The notes beneath the pieces are model-generated. The model made no database searches, was not told the DNA's origin, and saw only the letters and a program-made list of their open reading frames with translations. The position numbers were made by a program, and so were the translations under genes. Shown in pieces: positions 27,170 through 42,200 of a DNA stretch of 64,000 bases; the first letter of the stretch is position 1; each line of letters opens with the position of its first letter. Source of the stretch: Octopus vulgaris (lineage: Eukaryota); assembly GCA_951406725.2 (NCBI GenBank), contig OX597833.1, positions 27,404,001 through 27,468,000 on the forward strand. Direction: 5' to 3'.

Positions 27170-27560
27170 ATTTCATTATCTTATCTTTTACCTTTTACAT
27201 ACTTATCTTTTACCTTTTACTTGTTTCAATCGTTAGACTGCGGCCATGCAGGGGCATCACCTTGAAGGATTTGTAGTCGAATGTATTAACCCCAGTACTC
27301 ATTTTTTAAAGGTCTGGTATTTATTCGTGTCTGTTTTCCCGAATCGCTAAGTTAAGGGGCGTTAAGACGCTAGCGCACATTGACAAGCAGTGGTGCCGGT
27401 GGGATTACAAATACAGACACAAAGATACACACATGCTGGCTTTGGTCGGCCCGAGGCTATAGTAGAAAACATTTGCCCAAGGGTGCCAATGCTGTGGAAC
27501 TGAACCCGTTACTATGTGGTTTAGAAGCAAACTTCTTACCACCCAGTCACACCTACGCCT
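27170..27560 (-). mobile_element. SINE family A with internal deletion
   Basis: Tail and head motifs present; part of the core missing. Confidence 0.8.
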
Positions 27561-27883
27561 ATACTTAAGTATAACAATATTGTGACGTAAACGTTTTTCA
27601 AGACATTAGGATGTATTTTCTAAAGACCTAAGCATTTTTTAAATTCTCCGGTATACCTTGTGGTACACCGTTTGAAAACTAATGTCTTTCGAAGTCTACG
27701 ACTGTTAAAAACAGTTGTTAAATTTTACCCGCGAATCACGCCTTACCGTCTCAAAATAGACAAGAGATCTTGAATGTCCATTGCTTGAAAAAAAGAAACA
27801 AGAACTGGATGAGTGTGGATTGAATGTTTGGTGGGCCATTGCTGATATTTTTATTTGTTTTGTTTTCATGCATTGGTCTGGAG

Positions 27884-28140
27884 CAATGTTTCCCAAAATA
27901 TTTTCCCTCAGACCCCACTGTAACTTTCCAGAAAAATGTATTCTCCGCTCGTGTTTGGAAAAAAAGCAATTTTATTTTTGATATTTTATCACAATTATTT
28001 AATACAAAAGAATTTATCGGTAACTCTTTTATTAAGGAATGAGTACAAAAAAGTGTACAATATTGACTACGGTACCACGCCCTGCCACAATTTTCCCAGG
28101 CCCCTCCGGTGGAGCGTATGCCCCACATTGCGAATCACTG
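27884..28140. mobile_element. hAT-Charlie-like MITE
   Basis: CAATGTTTCCCAA...GCGAATCACTG termini; 8-bp flanks GTCTGGAG/GTCTGTTA resemble the NTCTAGAN target. Confidence 0.6.
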
Positions 28141-28836
28141 GTCTGTTAGATTAAGTCATGCCTTTTTATTGCCTTCACGCCTTGTGACAGTGGTAAAGAG
28201 ATTCCCGCAGTTGACACATTCCTTTTGAATTGTAGCAAATTGATAACTGCAGAAAAAAAAACATGGTTTGGAAGGAACTTCTGAATGGTTTCGCTCTGAA
28301 GAAGAAGGATTGGAAGCAGTGGTAGGCACAGAACTTGCTTACTGGTGGGGCCACAATATAGACGAGGGAATCAGGAAACATAAATAAGTTAGGTACCTTT
28401 GAAAGGAACTGGTAAAAGACCAGCCATATCCAAGGAGTATTTTCAGGCTCAGAAGAGAAAAGAGAGCTTTTGTGATGTACTTTCTGCTGTGTTGAGGTTG
28501 TGTGTTCGGCAGGAGAGATCGTCAAGAATGATAAGAATAAGTACTAGGATTTTAAAAAATAAGTCATTGGTCGATTTGTTCCACTAAAACCCTTCAAGGC
28601 GGTGCTCCAGTATGGCTGCAGTCAAATGACTGAAACGTTTCAGTCATTGTTTCAGTCATTAGAATACGGCCATGCTGGCGCTCCGTCAACAATACATCAT
28701 TACATCAGACAAGCTTAACCGACAAGGAAGCCTCAAGATCAGTTGTTCTAAACCGGGATCAATATGGCCCCTAAGGATCCATATAAGATGTTTTATTAAA
28801 ATTTATCTGCAATAAACTGGTTATACTTCTACATCG

Positions 28837-28993
28837 GCGCAAGCGTGACTACGTGGTAAGAAGTTTGTTTCCCAATAACATGGTTTTGGGTTCAGTCCCA
28901 CTGCGTGGCACCTTAGGCAAGTGTCTTCTACTATAGTCCCAGACCGACCAAAGCCTTGTGAGCGGATTTAGTAGAGAGAAACTGAAAGAAATG

Positions 28994-29060
<67 letters not shown>

Positions 29061-29270
29061 TGTCCCGAACCACTGTTTGACAACCGGTGCTGGTGTGTTT
29101 ATGTCCCGTAATTTAGCGATTCGGCCAAAGATACCTATAGAATAAGTACCAGGTTTTACAAAAAAAAAGTCATTAGTACTGGTGTCGATTCGTCCGATTA
29201 AAATTCCTCAAGGTGGTGCCCCAGTGTCGCCGGAATCTAATGACTGAAACAAATAAAAGTTAAAGGACAA
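28837..29270 (+). mobile_element. SINE family A (another tail fragment at ~28480-28640)
   Basis: Head-(TG)n-tail. Confidence 0.88.
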
Positions 29271-29618
29271 AATATACGAATTATTTTAATTTTTCATGCT
29301 ATTCCTAATAATATCTAATTATAAAAAATATAATAATGCTTTTTTTTTTAGCATTGAATGGCTAAGCGGGTTCACCGAAGTAAAATAGGAATCCATAGGG
29401 GTCGATAGACAAAAATAGTTGAGTAACACTGCTCGACGTGGTCATCCGACTTGCCAGAAATCGCTATCAAATTCTCTTTCACCAACTTAGAGACGGACAC
29501 TTTAAATGATATGCTCTTGGTTTACCTGCACGTAGGAAACTGGTGTGATGCTCGTAGCTGGAATACCCACTGGTCGTTGGTCTGTTCGATCGGCACTGAC
29601 TACTACTACTACTACTAC

Positions 29619-30148
<530 letters not shown>

Positions 30149-30654
30149 TAACTGATTGGAAGTGTTATCATGTACATTGTTTTGTCTTAGTATAAAAGAT
30201 GGGCTACAGCAAATATTCTGCTGAATACCACAGATTTGCTTGTCAGTTGATCGACCTTAACCAGTTGAGCATGTCCCTTAGTGGCTGACGATATGTGCAT
30301 CTCTGATCACAAGCAGAAGTAGTGGGGGAGCATCATAGCCGTGTGTTGAAAGGAATTCTTGGAGGTTTAGATAATTCACTTTTGGAAACATGGGTGGTTT
30401 GTTCAACATCCTTAAACAATCCTTATTCAGGGACCTTTTGAACGGGATGGGCTACTCGACCAGAAGAAAATTCTAAGTGGACCCCATCTGCAAGGTCATG
30501 TGCTATTTATCTTGATATGAGATCCTCATGTCGCGCACATATGGTTGTGATGCATGTACCTGGTGTACCCTTATCAGATGGGTAGTCATGGGTATACTGG
30601 GCTTCGTATATTTTACCCCAGTGTCACTTTGATCGCATGCACTACTCTCTCACT
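30149..30654 (+). mobile_element. ~550-bp AAT-embedded non-coding element, copy 1
   Basis: ~90% identical to 31648-32203; same 3' end (CTCACTC-AATAAT). Confidence 0.85.
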
Positions 30655-30683
30655 CAATAATAATAATAACAATAATAATAATA

Positions 30684-30849
<166 letters not shown>

Positions 30850-31015
30850 GACCACTACCACCATTACTACTACTACCACTACGAATAATACTGCAACTGC
30901 TATGACCGCCACCATCACCACTACTACCACTACTGCTACCTCTACAAATAATACTACTTCTGTTATCACCGCTATCATCACCACCACCACCAACAACAAC
31001 ACCACCACCACCACC

Positions 31016-31090
<75 letters not shown>

Positions 31091-31313
31091 GCTACTACTA
31101 CTACTACTACTGCTGCTGCTGCTACATCTGCTACACTCAGGTATAAACTGAACAGGGTACGCTAAGTACCTTTTTGTACATATATGAGATAATCCTTTAA
31201 TCCTCCAAATGGTAAATCGAATTAACAACTAAAGCGTGTACATAGCATACGGAACTTGCTGGAGTTTTTAAAACAGTGCAGAGCTCTGTTTTATATTGGT
31301 TAAATAGACGATG

Positions 31314-31447
<134 letters not shown>

Positions 31448-31535
31448 CATAATAATAATAATAAAAATAATAATAATAATAACAATAATAATAACAACAA
31501 CAACAACAACAACGACGACGACGACGACGACGACG

Positions 31536-32203
<668 letters not shown>

Positions 32204-32216
32204 AATAATAATAATA

Positions 32217-32626
32217 ATGCAGTACCAGGTAGTGGCTCTCGTGGCTTCTGATCTTAACTGATTGGAAGTGTTATCATGTACATTGTTTCGGCTTGGTATA
32301 AAAGATGGGCTACAGCAAATATTCTGCTCAATACCACAGATTTGCTTATCAGTTGTTTGACCGTAACCAGTTGAGCATGTCCCTTAGTGGCTGACGATAT
32401 GTGCATCTCTGATCATGGGCAGAAGTAGTGGGGGTGCATCATAGCCGTGTGTTGAGAGGGATTAATTGGGGTTTGGATAATTCACCTCTGAAAACATGAG
32501 TGTTTCATTCAACATGCTTTAAAGAACCCTTATTCAGGGACCTTTTGAGCGAGATGGGATAATCGACCTGAAGAAAATTCCAACTGGTCTTAACTGATTG
32601 GAAGTGTTATCATGTACATATATGAG
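32217..32626 (+). mobile_element. AAT-embedded element, copy 3 (3' rearranged)
   Basis: Follows the consensus to ~32588, then restarts at TCTTAACTGATTGGAAG. Confidence 0.8.
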
Positions 32627-32688
<62 letters not shown>

Positions 32689-32695
32689 TATCATC

Positions 32696-32730
<35 letters not shown>

Positions 32731-32745
32731 TAAAAAAATAATAAT

Positions 32746-32807
<62 letters not shown>

Positions 32808-32808
<1 letters not shown>

Positions 32809-34472
32809 TTCTCTATTAACCAGAAAGGGTTTACATAAAAAGCAGAATGGACAGCACAGGACAAGTACAATGAGGAGTTATGTGAAAAGCGTGTCAATAA
32901 TGAAAAACAAAAACAATAATGAAATATAACAACAAAACTCGTGAAAACCCCACGAGTCCACAAACGTCCTGACCACTAGGGTAGGTGCCCTTTCCGCTTT
33001 ATCTACAGGCACATGTTTAGAGTAGGCCCATTCATTTGGGCTATTCTTGCGACATTCACCCACCTTTTAACAAAGTTGCTGGGGAGAAGAACTTCCCTCT
33101 CCATCCTCACTTTCCTTTCCAAGTGAAATTTAAAACAGTTGATGAGGGCTTGGCCAAAGAGAAAAGTATCTGTCTTCAGCCATGTCAGCCCTCTCTTTTG
33201 TTGTTGTTGTGTTGGAGATGTCTGCAGCAGCACGGTTTTCTCTTTTGATTGTCTAGGGCAGAAAGCCTTTAAGTGGTTTGTTTGGCCACAAATGTGACAT
33301 CTGGACTTTCTGCCCTCTACCGCTACAAATAACTTTCACCCTCTTGGGAGCTCGATGAGAACAGGGATCTCTTGTGCGGTCGCGAAATCCACACGCACTA
33401 AGATATCCATTTCAGTCCCGTACCAGTTTTCTGTTTTGTGTCTCCGTATTTCAAGGATTTTGGCCGCCGCCAGTAATGAGATGTTCACTTCTGATGGCAC
33501 TTGTGCCACTTTAACTCTGACAACTCTTCGACCGAGGTACGTCAGAATCATATGTAATTCCTCGGTCTTCATGTTTGTTGTTGCATTTTCTTTGGCCAGG
33601 TATTCTGATGAAAATCTCACCTGAACTGTACCGTAGTTTTTGCGACGTGCAATATATTCCATACAGGTCTCAGGCATTTTCGACCTGAGCCTGCGCGGAT
33701 CTTTCTATCTTGCGCGTCTTTAAAGATATATTGTCCTCCTCCGTGTCTCTTCCTGCACCTCCTCTGGCGTGTTCAGGTGGGCCGTCCTGCCAGCTCTTGT
33801 TAGATGCATTTTTGCTCTAGCCAAGGCAGTTTCTGGCAATTTCACTTCTTCCAACCTGTGGTACATTTCTGCAAATCCATTTTGTGTTTTCTTAGAAGAA
33901 GCAGATGACGTTGTTGTTTTAATAATTCTTTTTCCCTCTTTGTTTGACGTAATAGTGGCGGCGGTGGCGACAACTACAGGTGCTTCACTTGAAGGAATTC
34001 CACCTTCCTTCTTTTCACCTTCCTGCTTATTTTTGTTATGTTGCTTGGTCCTGTGATGGCAATTATGGTAGCGGTGTTAGTGTTCTCCTCCGCTCCCTCC
34101 CTCATGCCTCCGTCTGTATTCATGGTGTTGTTGTTGATGGTGCTGGTGTTGGTGTTGCTTCTACTCTTCCTCTCCCGCTCAACCAAATTGGTAGTGAAGG
34201 GAAGGAAATTACGAAAATGCTGCGAGTTCTCCACACCCATAACTTGTGTGGCCATATTGCAAGTTTTGTTTAAATATGATATTTTGAGTCATTTAAAACG
34301 CAAAATTCGCCCTTACGGACGAATTTTTTGTCACCCCCAGCTAGCCCTGCTTGTGGCGAGCTGGGTTGTAAAAACAACAGTTCAACAAAAATGGGAAAAC
34401 AAAATGTAAAACAGCAAGTTTATAGAAAAGTTCACAGACCTCTGAACACGCGACCGACAACTCCAGACACAA
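32808..34472 (-). mobile_element. Internally deleted Tx1/L1-like element: ORF1 with CCHC knuckle fused to the extreme ORF2 C-terminus and 3' UTR
   Basis: ORF1 pieces 33974-34255 and 33336-33677; knuckle CHICGQTNHLKAFC ~33255-33300; ORF2 tail KTDTFL..LI..FKFHL.RK.R.ER...F.KRW 33003-33185; AAT on both sides. Confidence 0.75.
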
Positions 34473-34478
34473 ATAATG

Positions 34479-34565
<87 letters not shown>

Positions 34566-34843
34566 GTTGTATACAGTGCCCACGTGGTCTACAACCAAAA
34601 GCGCATGAAGAGTACATAGAATTGGTATGCAGTCTGCACATCCAACATCCAAAATACACTTTCACCTTTATGCTTATCCAACTTGATCAAAATACGACTG
34701 AACCTGGACTCTTGGAGAGAAACCATAATTCTATAAGTCATTCGCTACTAATGATTGCGTTATCTGGAACAATTAAAATCTGGAAGGTTCTCTTGAATTT
34801 AGAGAGTGAATGTTTACATAGAGGACGATGAAGAGAACAAGCG

Positions 34844-34903
<60 letters not shown>

Positions 34904-35104
34904 TTGTAACCAAGCAGGATGATTGATCAAGCTCCAATCAGGATGAGAAAACATACATGTATCGATACATACATACACACATGAATGCTTGCATGCATGC
35001 ATACAAACATACATATACACACACATGCATGCATCATACATACACATGCACATATACATACGCACACATACATACACAGACATACATGAACATATATATA
35101 TATA

Positions 35105-35166
<62 letters not shown>

Positions 35167-35254
35167 CATACCCATACATTCATACAAAAATACATACACA
35201 CATACACATAATGTACACATGCATACTACATGTAGACAAACAGGCAGGCAGATA

Positions 35255-35292
<38 letters not shown>

Positions 35293-35329
35293 TACATATA
35301 TCCATCTATCCATCCATACATACATACAT

Positions 35330-35366
<37 letters not shown>

Positions 35367-35567
35367 AGAAAAGTCATGTACTGTTGTTAGCAGCCAAACG
35401 GATGTGAACATTTTAATCAAAATCAATGGAGCAGTGAATATTCATGGACAACTGCTTCGAAAACTTTAAATTGTTTAGTCAGGTTATACATTTACATATG
35501 TACCTATAATTATACACTGGTGCTCTTGGTTACGTTGCTAAGTTCTTAGAAATTGGAAAGCTGGGAT

Positions 35568-36060
35568 TTGTTGAAAATTATATATTAGCGTCAGACGCAG
35601 TTACCGAGAGATAATATTTATCCCCACTTAAAAGTAGACATTCTGTTAGAAAAAACTATATTGTGGTAGACACCACGAGAGAAACTCTCGTATGGGTTTT
35701 TGGTACCAGATAAATCCCCGCCATCTTCAGCGCCGAGACACCCAGATCACGGGATTTCGACCTTCTTTAGTCTTGTCAATGATGGACACTCGACCCTTAG
35801 AGACAGCAGTGATTCATCTTCCCTCCAGCGATATATAGAAAATCATCGTCAAGACAGGCACTGGTGTCGCGAATAATCAGTGAGCTTGTTAAAATGTATA
35901 TATGTTAGTGACAGACACAGCATTAATACCGAGAGGTAATATTTATGCCAACTTAAACAAGGATGTTCCGTGAGAACAAACTATGGTATTTACAGCATTA
36001 TAGTTTGTTCTAGCAGAACATCCAAGTTTAAGTGGTGGGGAAAAATATCACCTCTTGTTG
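35568..36060. repeat. Diverged direct repeat plus inverted copy (Penelope pLTR-like arrangement)
   Basis: 35568-35663 ~ 35886-35986 (direct); 35996-36060 inverted. Confidence 0.65.
35742..35782 (-). ncRNA. Candidate minimal hammerhead ribozyme (U3-A8 variant)
   Basis: Minus: tca-TTGACAA-GACt aaagaa gGTC-GAA-ATCccgtGAT-C-tgg. Confidence 0.55.
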
Positions 36061-36624
36061 AGAATTGTTGAAAAGCTATAATTTTCAGAGAAAAGTAAAT
36101 GCCATCTAACATATATTCCACAAATTGAGTCAAGTAGAACAGTAAAAGTATGCAAGACATTTTTGAAATTTAGCCTGTAATGCAGGCTAAATGTTGTTTG
36201 GTGTTCGTTAATTCTAATAATGGTGTTGTTTCTTAGTTACGAACAAATAGCTTCTTTGAGAAAAATTCAAAGGATTTTAAAAGAGAGTGAGGGAGATACA
36301 GGAAAGAGAGAGGGGAGAGAGAGAACATGTGTAAGAGAACTGAGGATATTCTTCATGTTAACAAAAATTTTCTTTGAATCTTTTTAGTTGTGCGGCCCGC
36401 CAGATGATGAATCATGACTCATGCGGCCCACACTTCCGGAAAGGTTGCCCATGCCTCATCTAAAAGGCTACGATTCGTCTTTTTACTTGTTATTTTTATT
36501 CTTATGCAGCTTCAGTTAGCACTGCTCAGGCACTGCTATGAAGCATCTAAATGCGAACTGTATATCCAGCATTCCGGATATCTTATGTTGTTGTTGTTGT
36601 TGATATGTAGTCATAGGCAACGAT

Positions 36625-37475
<851 letters not shown>

Positions 37476-37532
37476 TTTTCGTTTTGGGATTTGGTTTGGA
37501 AGATTCTTTATATGAGTTCGTGTGTTGAAGCA

Positions 37533-37795
37533 TATTCTGTTCTGTCTGGGGAGAGTCATTTTCTTTTTGTGCCTATAAATGTAACACACTCACCGGTAAA
37601 ATTTCCACTTCTTTTTTCTTATTTTTATTTTCCTAAAATTTTCGTTGCGTCTTGCAACTATTGAAAAGGTTGCAAGATGCAACGAGAGTTTTAGGAAAAT
37701 AAAAATAAGAAAAAAAGAAGTGGAAATTTTACCGGTGAGTGTGTTACATTTATAGGCACAAAAAGAAAATGACTCTCCCCAGACAGAACAGAATA
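37533..37795. repeat. Long inverted repeat (~126-bp arms, 10-nt loop) between (AAT)n tracts, with one-sided tail 37476-37532
   Basis: Arms 37533-37658 and 37669-37795; 3 substitutions + 1 indel. Confidence 0.95.
37658..37694 (+). ncRNA. Candidate minimal hammerhead (U3-A8), mutated in this arm
   Basis: cta-TTGAAAA-g-GTTGC aagat GCAAC-GAGAGTTT-tag; the other arm preserves GAAAATTT-tag. Confidence 0.5.
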
Positions 37796-37818
37796 ATAAT
37801 AATAATAACAACAACAAC

Positions 37819-37864
<46 letters not shown>

Positions 37865-38007
37865 GAGTACCGATGGTATGAAGATTCAGAAGAGATGGCC
37901 TATAGATGACCTATATGAAAACGAAACCTACCATCATTAAAAAGAAACCATACGTAATCGGCAATGTAAAACAAGAAAACGGAACAACATTTTATGTTAA
38001 CGTAATT

Positions 38008-38013
38008 TTTATT
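38008..38013 (-). terminator. Candidate polyadenylation signal for the 187-aa ORF
   Basis: AATAAA ~340 nt downstream of the stop. Confidence 0.35.
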
Positions 38014-38354
38014 AACTTTGGATATGGCGTATTTCTTGACTATTATAGTCAGTGCCATGGAGAAGAGAGTCTCTTGAATTATGGAAGCATAATTTCAATG
38101 ATTATAGTTTGAAACAATGATATTGTTTGCTAGAAGATAATATAAAATAAAATAAAGATATTAAAACGATGGCAGACGATACAAGTTAAGCATCCAGTGG
38201 TATAAGAAACCAGTATGGTGCTGAACTTCCCGAGTGAATATAAATGGAAGGAAAAGTAGATAATGAAAGTCAGACAAGACGTTAGGAAAGATACCTTATC
38301 CCCAGCCTCGCATCTTAACACTGTTCCTGTGTTCGTCTTCTTTCGATGTTGTTA

Positions 38355-38918
38355 TTATTTTTTATCTTCTTCTTCCTCCTCTTCTTGAATGGTCGGTAAA
38401 CTACTCATGTAAAAATATCTGTTATATAGTCTCATTCCATTGTAAAAACCATCTCTGTTTTTGTGTTTTAAACGTCTGGACTTTACATTTTCACAACTGA
38501 CAATTTTTAAAATCTTCTTCTTCAAGCTGTCATCATATTCAACAGGACCACCACCGCTTACAGCAACCCCAACAGTGGCAGCAGCACCAACTTTCACTTG
38601 TAATATATTTTCACCAGAACCTTCCATGATGGGCTTCATTTGTTTCCTATCCTCTCCATCAGTTGATGTTGATGTAGTCGATGGTGGTGATGTTGATAAT
38701 GATGACATTTGATCTGTGAAGTAGGGGAAGTTGAGCTGATCTTGTTGTTGTTCCTGTTGTTTTAATTGTTGTAGTTGTTGTAAAAGAAGTTCACCGATAG
38801 TAATAGGAATGTCACCGGCAGACTGATTCTCTATCGAAATTTTGGACTTAACTCCTGGCTCGTTCTGCTCACTGTCTAGTTCTAACGCTAAAGAAAGCAG
38901 TTTCAATTTTGAATACAT
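38355..38918 (-). CDS. Putative intronless 187-aa disordered protein with C-terminal LxxIxE (PP2A-B56 docking) motif
   Basis: 564-bp ORF in unique AT-rich sequence; in-frame TAA 18 nt upstream; A at -3; AATAAA at 38008-38013; no TE motifs. Confidence 0.65.
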   Translation of the reverse strand: MYSKLKLLSLALELDSEQNEPGVKSKISIENQSAGDIPITIGELLLQQLQQLKQQEQQQDQLNFPYFTDQMSSLSTSPPSTTSTSTDGEDRKQMKPIMEGSGENILQVKVGAAATVGVAVSGGGPVEYDDSLKKKILKIVSCENVKSRRLKHKNRDGFYNGMRLYNRYFYMSSLPTIQEEEEEEDKK

Positions 38919-39295
38919 CCTTTCGTTTAAATGTTATTTAGTGTTTCATTTTTCAAATTTCCGAAAGAAACATTTACGGAAAATAAATAATCTAGAAGTA
39001 GAAATATTACAACGGTAACAACATCCCGACACCTATAATACTAACAAAATGCTGATTAAAAAAATAGTGACAATAAAAACTATATCAGAAATTCTGATAA
39101 TTCTGAATGGAGATATGACAACGAAATTGTTCAAAATGTTGAGAGAAGCGTGTGTTTGTCTGTGTGTATGTGTGTATACACGCACACACATACACACGCA
39201 CACACATACACACACACGCACGCACGCACACACATACATGTGTCCATATACGTGCGTGCGTGCGTGTGTGTGTGTGTGTGACGTTCTCGGATTTG

Positions 39296-39303
39296 TGACG
39301 TCA
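39296..39303. promoter_or_regulatory. Full CRE palindrome TGACGTCA upstream of the 187-aa ORF
   Basis: Exact match ~380 bp upstream of the ATG; half-site TGACG at ~39279. Confidence 0.3.
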
Positions 39304-39349
39304 TATGGAACTACGAAATTGTCACAATCAAAGAGACATTCTAACTTCA

Positions 39350-39575
39350 TGTTTGTCTTTGTGCCTATTTGATCCCCCACCACCGCTTGACAAACAACCG
39401 GTTCTGATGTGTTTACATCCTCGTAGCTTAGCGGTTCAGCAAGAGACACCAATAGAATAAGTACCAGGCTATAAGAAAAACGTACTGAAGTTGATTCATT
39501 CGATTAAAACCTCTTCAAGACGGTGCCTCAGCATGGCTGCAGTCTAATGACTGAAACAAGTAAAAGATAAAGGAA
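39350..39575 (+). mobile_element. SINE family A tail half
   Basis: CCACCGCTTGACAA..TTAGCGGTTC..TGACTGAAACAAGTAAAAGA. Confidence 0.8.
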
Positions 39576-40996
39576 GATGACTAGCGATCTATCCAGGGGA
39601 AGTAGAGAGGAATTTATCTCACATTTGTGTAACACTGCTGAAACTTGGAGGTTAAGAATTTTAATGGGGGTTCTTTCTGTCTTTACAAACCCCAACAAAA
39701 ATAATGTAAATAATGAAAAATTCTAATCACGACATATTTATCCCATACTACTCATCTTTATGCCCAGATACCAAAATCAAAATCATGTAAAACCCATTCA
39801 AACGTTTTTGCTCCTGAAAAATGGAAGACATGGAGCACATGAAACTCTAACATGTGGGAGTTAAGGCCCCTATTAGGGAGCAGTTAAAGTCAACCAAAGA
39901 AGTTGAATCGTTGGGAATCGTTTTTAACTTGTGTCATATATCTATTGTTCAAATTTCTTTGAAGTCGGAAATATATGAATGTTCAGTGGGTTTGTAAAAG
40001 AGAGCAAAGCTAGAGGAAACCAAAAGACGAATGATTACAATAAGCAGTCAGTTACCCTACCCTAGCCGTTACCACTCCCCAATGTAGGATTCCTCGCCAT
40101 ACAGGTTACCGGCACAGCCGTAAAATGCAATACAGATCTATACTGGAAGGCGTGACCCAACTCAAATAAACATTAACAACTGTGTGATGTGAGGGCTAAG
40201 GGGAAATGAAAGTGTCATCTCTGGAGTTTGTCAATGATCACTATGCCGATAAGAAGCTGAACAGAATAAATTTGCAATCTATAAATCTCTTTGAATAACC
40301 AATCATTTATCTGGAAAGGCCTTGAAATCGATGTTACCATCTGGGGACTATCTCTGACGCAGTGATAATAAAAAACCTCAAAGGAGGTCTGCAACCAAAT
40401 AATTTTACTCAAACTAACACTTTGCAATTGAATCAGTACAGGCAAAGATGTCTGTCCTTTACTCGACAATTTATGCACCGCATTGCAGAAATCACGATCT
40501 AAATATATCTCAAAGCAAACATTGAATTACAAATAACGCTCGTTTTGTATGCTCGGGTGACTCTACAGCATCCACGACTACAACTGTATTCGTCTTGGCT
40601 TAGGAAAAATTACTAAATTGTAGAAATTAAGCCCCCATTAAGGGGTCTTACTAACTACCTAAGAAGTTGAAATTTTAGGAATATTACTTCATTTGTGTCT
40701 AATATCTATGGTTAAAATTTCATCAACAGCAACAATATATTAATTTTCATGGGGGTTATGGCCTCATTTATGGCCCTCACTTTCAAACATATACTGCATT
40801 ACATCCGACCTTATGCATAGAATATAATTTCCAAATTTCATAAATATCCATTCAGTACTTTTGACTTTGTTTTGGATCATAAAAAAATGACTAAAATTTG
40901 GGAATTAAGACCCCAATTAGGAGCTCTTAGAATCCTCATGAGAAGCGGAAATTTTGGGAATACTTCTTGATTTTTGTCGATTGCCTATGGTTGAAC

Positions 40997-41312
40997 TTAA
41001 TTTATCGACCCCGAAAGGATGAAAGGCAAAGTGGACCTCGGCGGAATTTGAACTCAGAACGTAGCAGCAGACGAAATACCTATTTCTTTACTACCCACAA
41101 GGAGTACTTATTTAAACGCAGAGAGAACAAACAAGGACAGACAAACGGATTAAGTCGATTACATCGACCCCAGTGCGTAACTGGTACTTAATTCATCGAC
41201 CCCGAAAGGATGAAAGGCAAAGTGGACCTCGTTGAAATTTGAACTCAAAACGTAACGGTAGACGAAATACAGCTACGCATTTCGCCCGGCGTGCTAACGA
41301 TTCTGCCAGCTT
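40997..41312 (-). mobile_element. SINE family B, partially tandem-duplicated
   Basis: CGACCCCGAAAGGATGAAAGGCAAAGTGGACCTCG occurs at ~41006 and ~41197. Confidence 0.85.
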
Positions 41313-41769
41313 ATGATTCAACAGTATTAAAGACGTCCGACACTTTAGGACGGTAAGGTAAACTGATACTGATCAAGTGTCAACAAAACTTAAAGCTACA
41401 ACGAAACCGATCGGTTCGATCATCAACGCCAAGCTGCCAAAAACAGCCTCATGAAACTTAATTCAACAAGACAAGACACATACGATAATGACGCCATCTC
41501 CTTATTTATCTATCTATTTATTTATTTATTTATTTATTTATTTATTTGTTTATTTATTTATTTATTCATCCATTCATTTATTTACTTACTTAACTGATTA
41601 GTTAGTTTGTTAGTATGCCTCATAGTATCTGTTCCGAGTCTCTGCTCTCCGAATTCAGATTCCGCCTCTCATTCTTTCGAAGTCGATATAAATGTATCAA
41701 TCCAGGCTGGTCAGAAATCTTGCTAAGACGAGATGACTGACGATATTTTTACTAGCTCTGCGTTTTAAC

Positions 41770-42200
41770 AGCAATGCTAAACGTTAGTGATTCCAATAGG
41801 AATTCGTGTAAATTGGTCCGAACGACGACTTTGTTCAAATGCAGTGTAAGTTACTTTTCTTTTATCTTCACTTCATCGTAAGCACTTTGTAGGTCCAGTA
41901 AACTGAAGATCTTACATTGTAACATTTCCCCGACCATCTCCTCAATGTTTAGTAAAGGATAGGCATCTAGCAACGTATAACGATTTATTGTTTGTGAATA
42001 ATCGACGATTATAGGTTTCTAATGTTCATCGCAAGATAACAACACCTAAGCGTTCCAAAGATACTTATATGGCTCAATAATACCCTCCTTTAACAAATAT
42101 ATTACCTTAGAATTTATAAATTTCTGGTCATCCCGAGAGTATTGTCTAGATTTTGCAACCACTGGTTTACAGTCAGTTGTGAGATTATCAAACAGAAAAG
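41770..42200 (-). mobile_element. Gypsy LTR-retrotransposon RT fragment
   Basis: LFDNLTTDCKPV..KSRQYS..D.KFI....LLKEGIIEP...VDYSQTINRYTLLDAYPL.NIE....FS.LDLQSAY. Confidence 0.85.
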
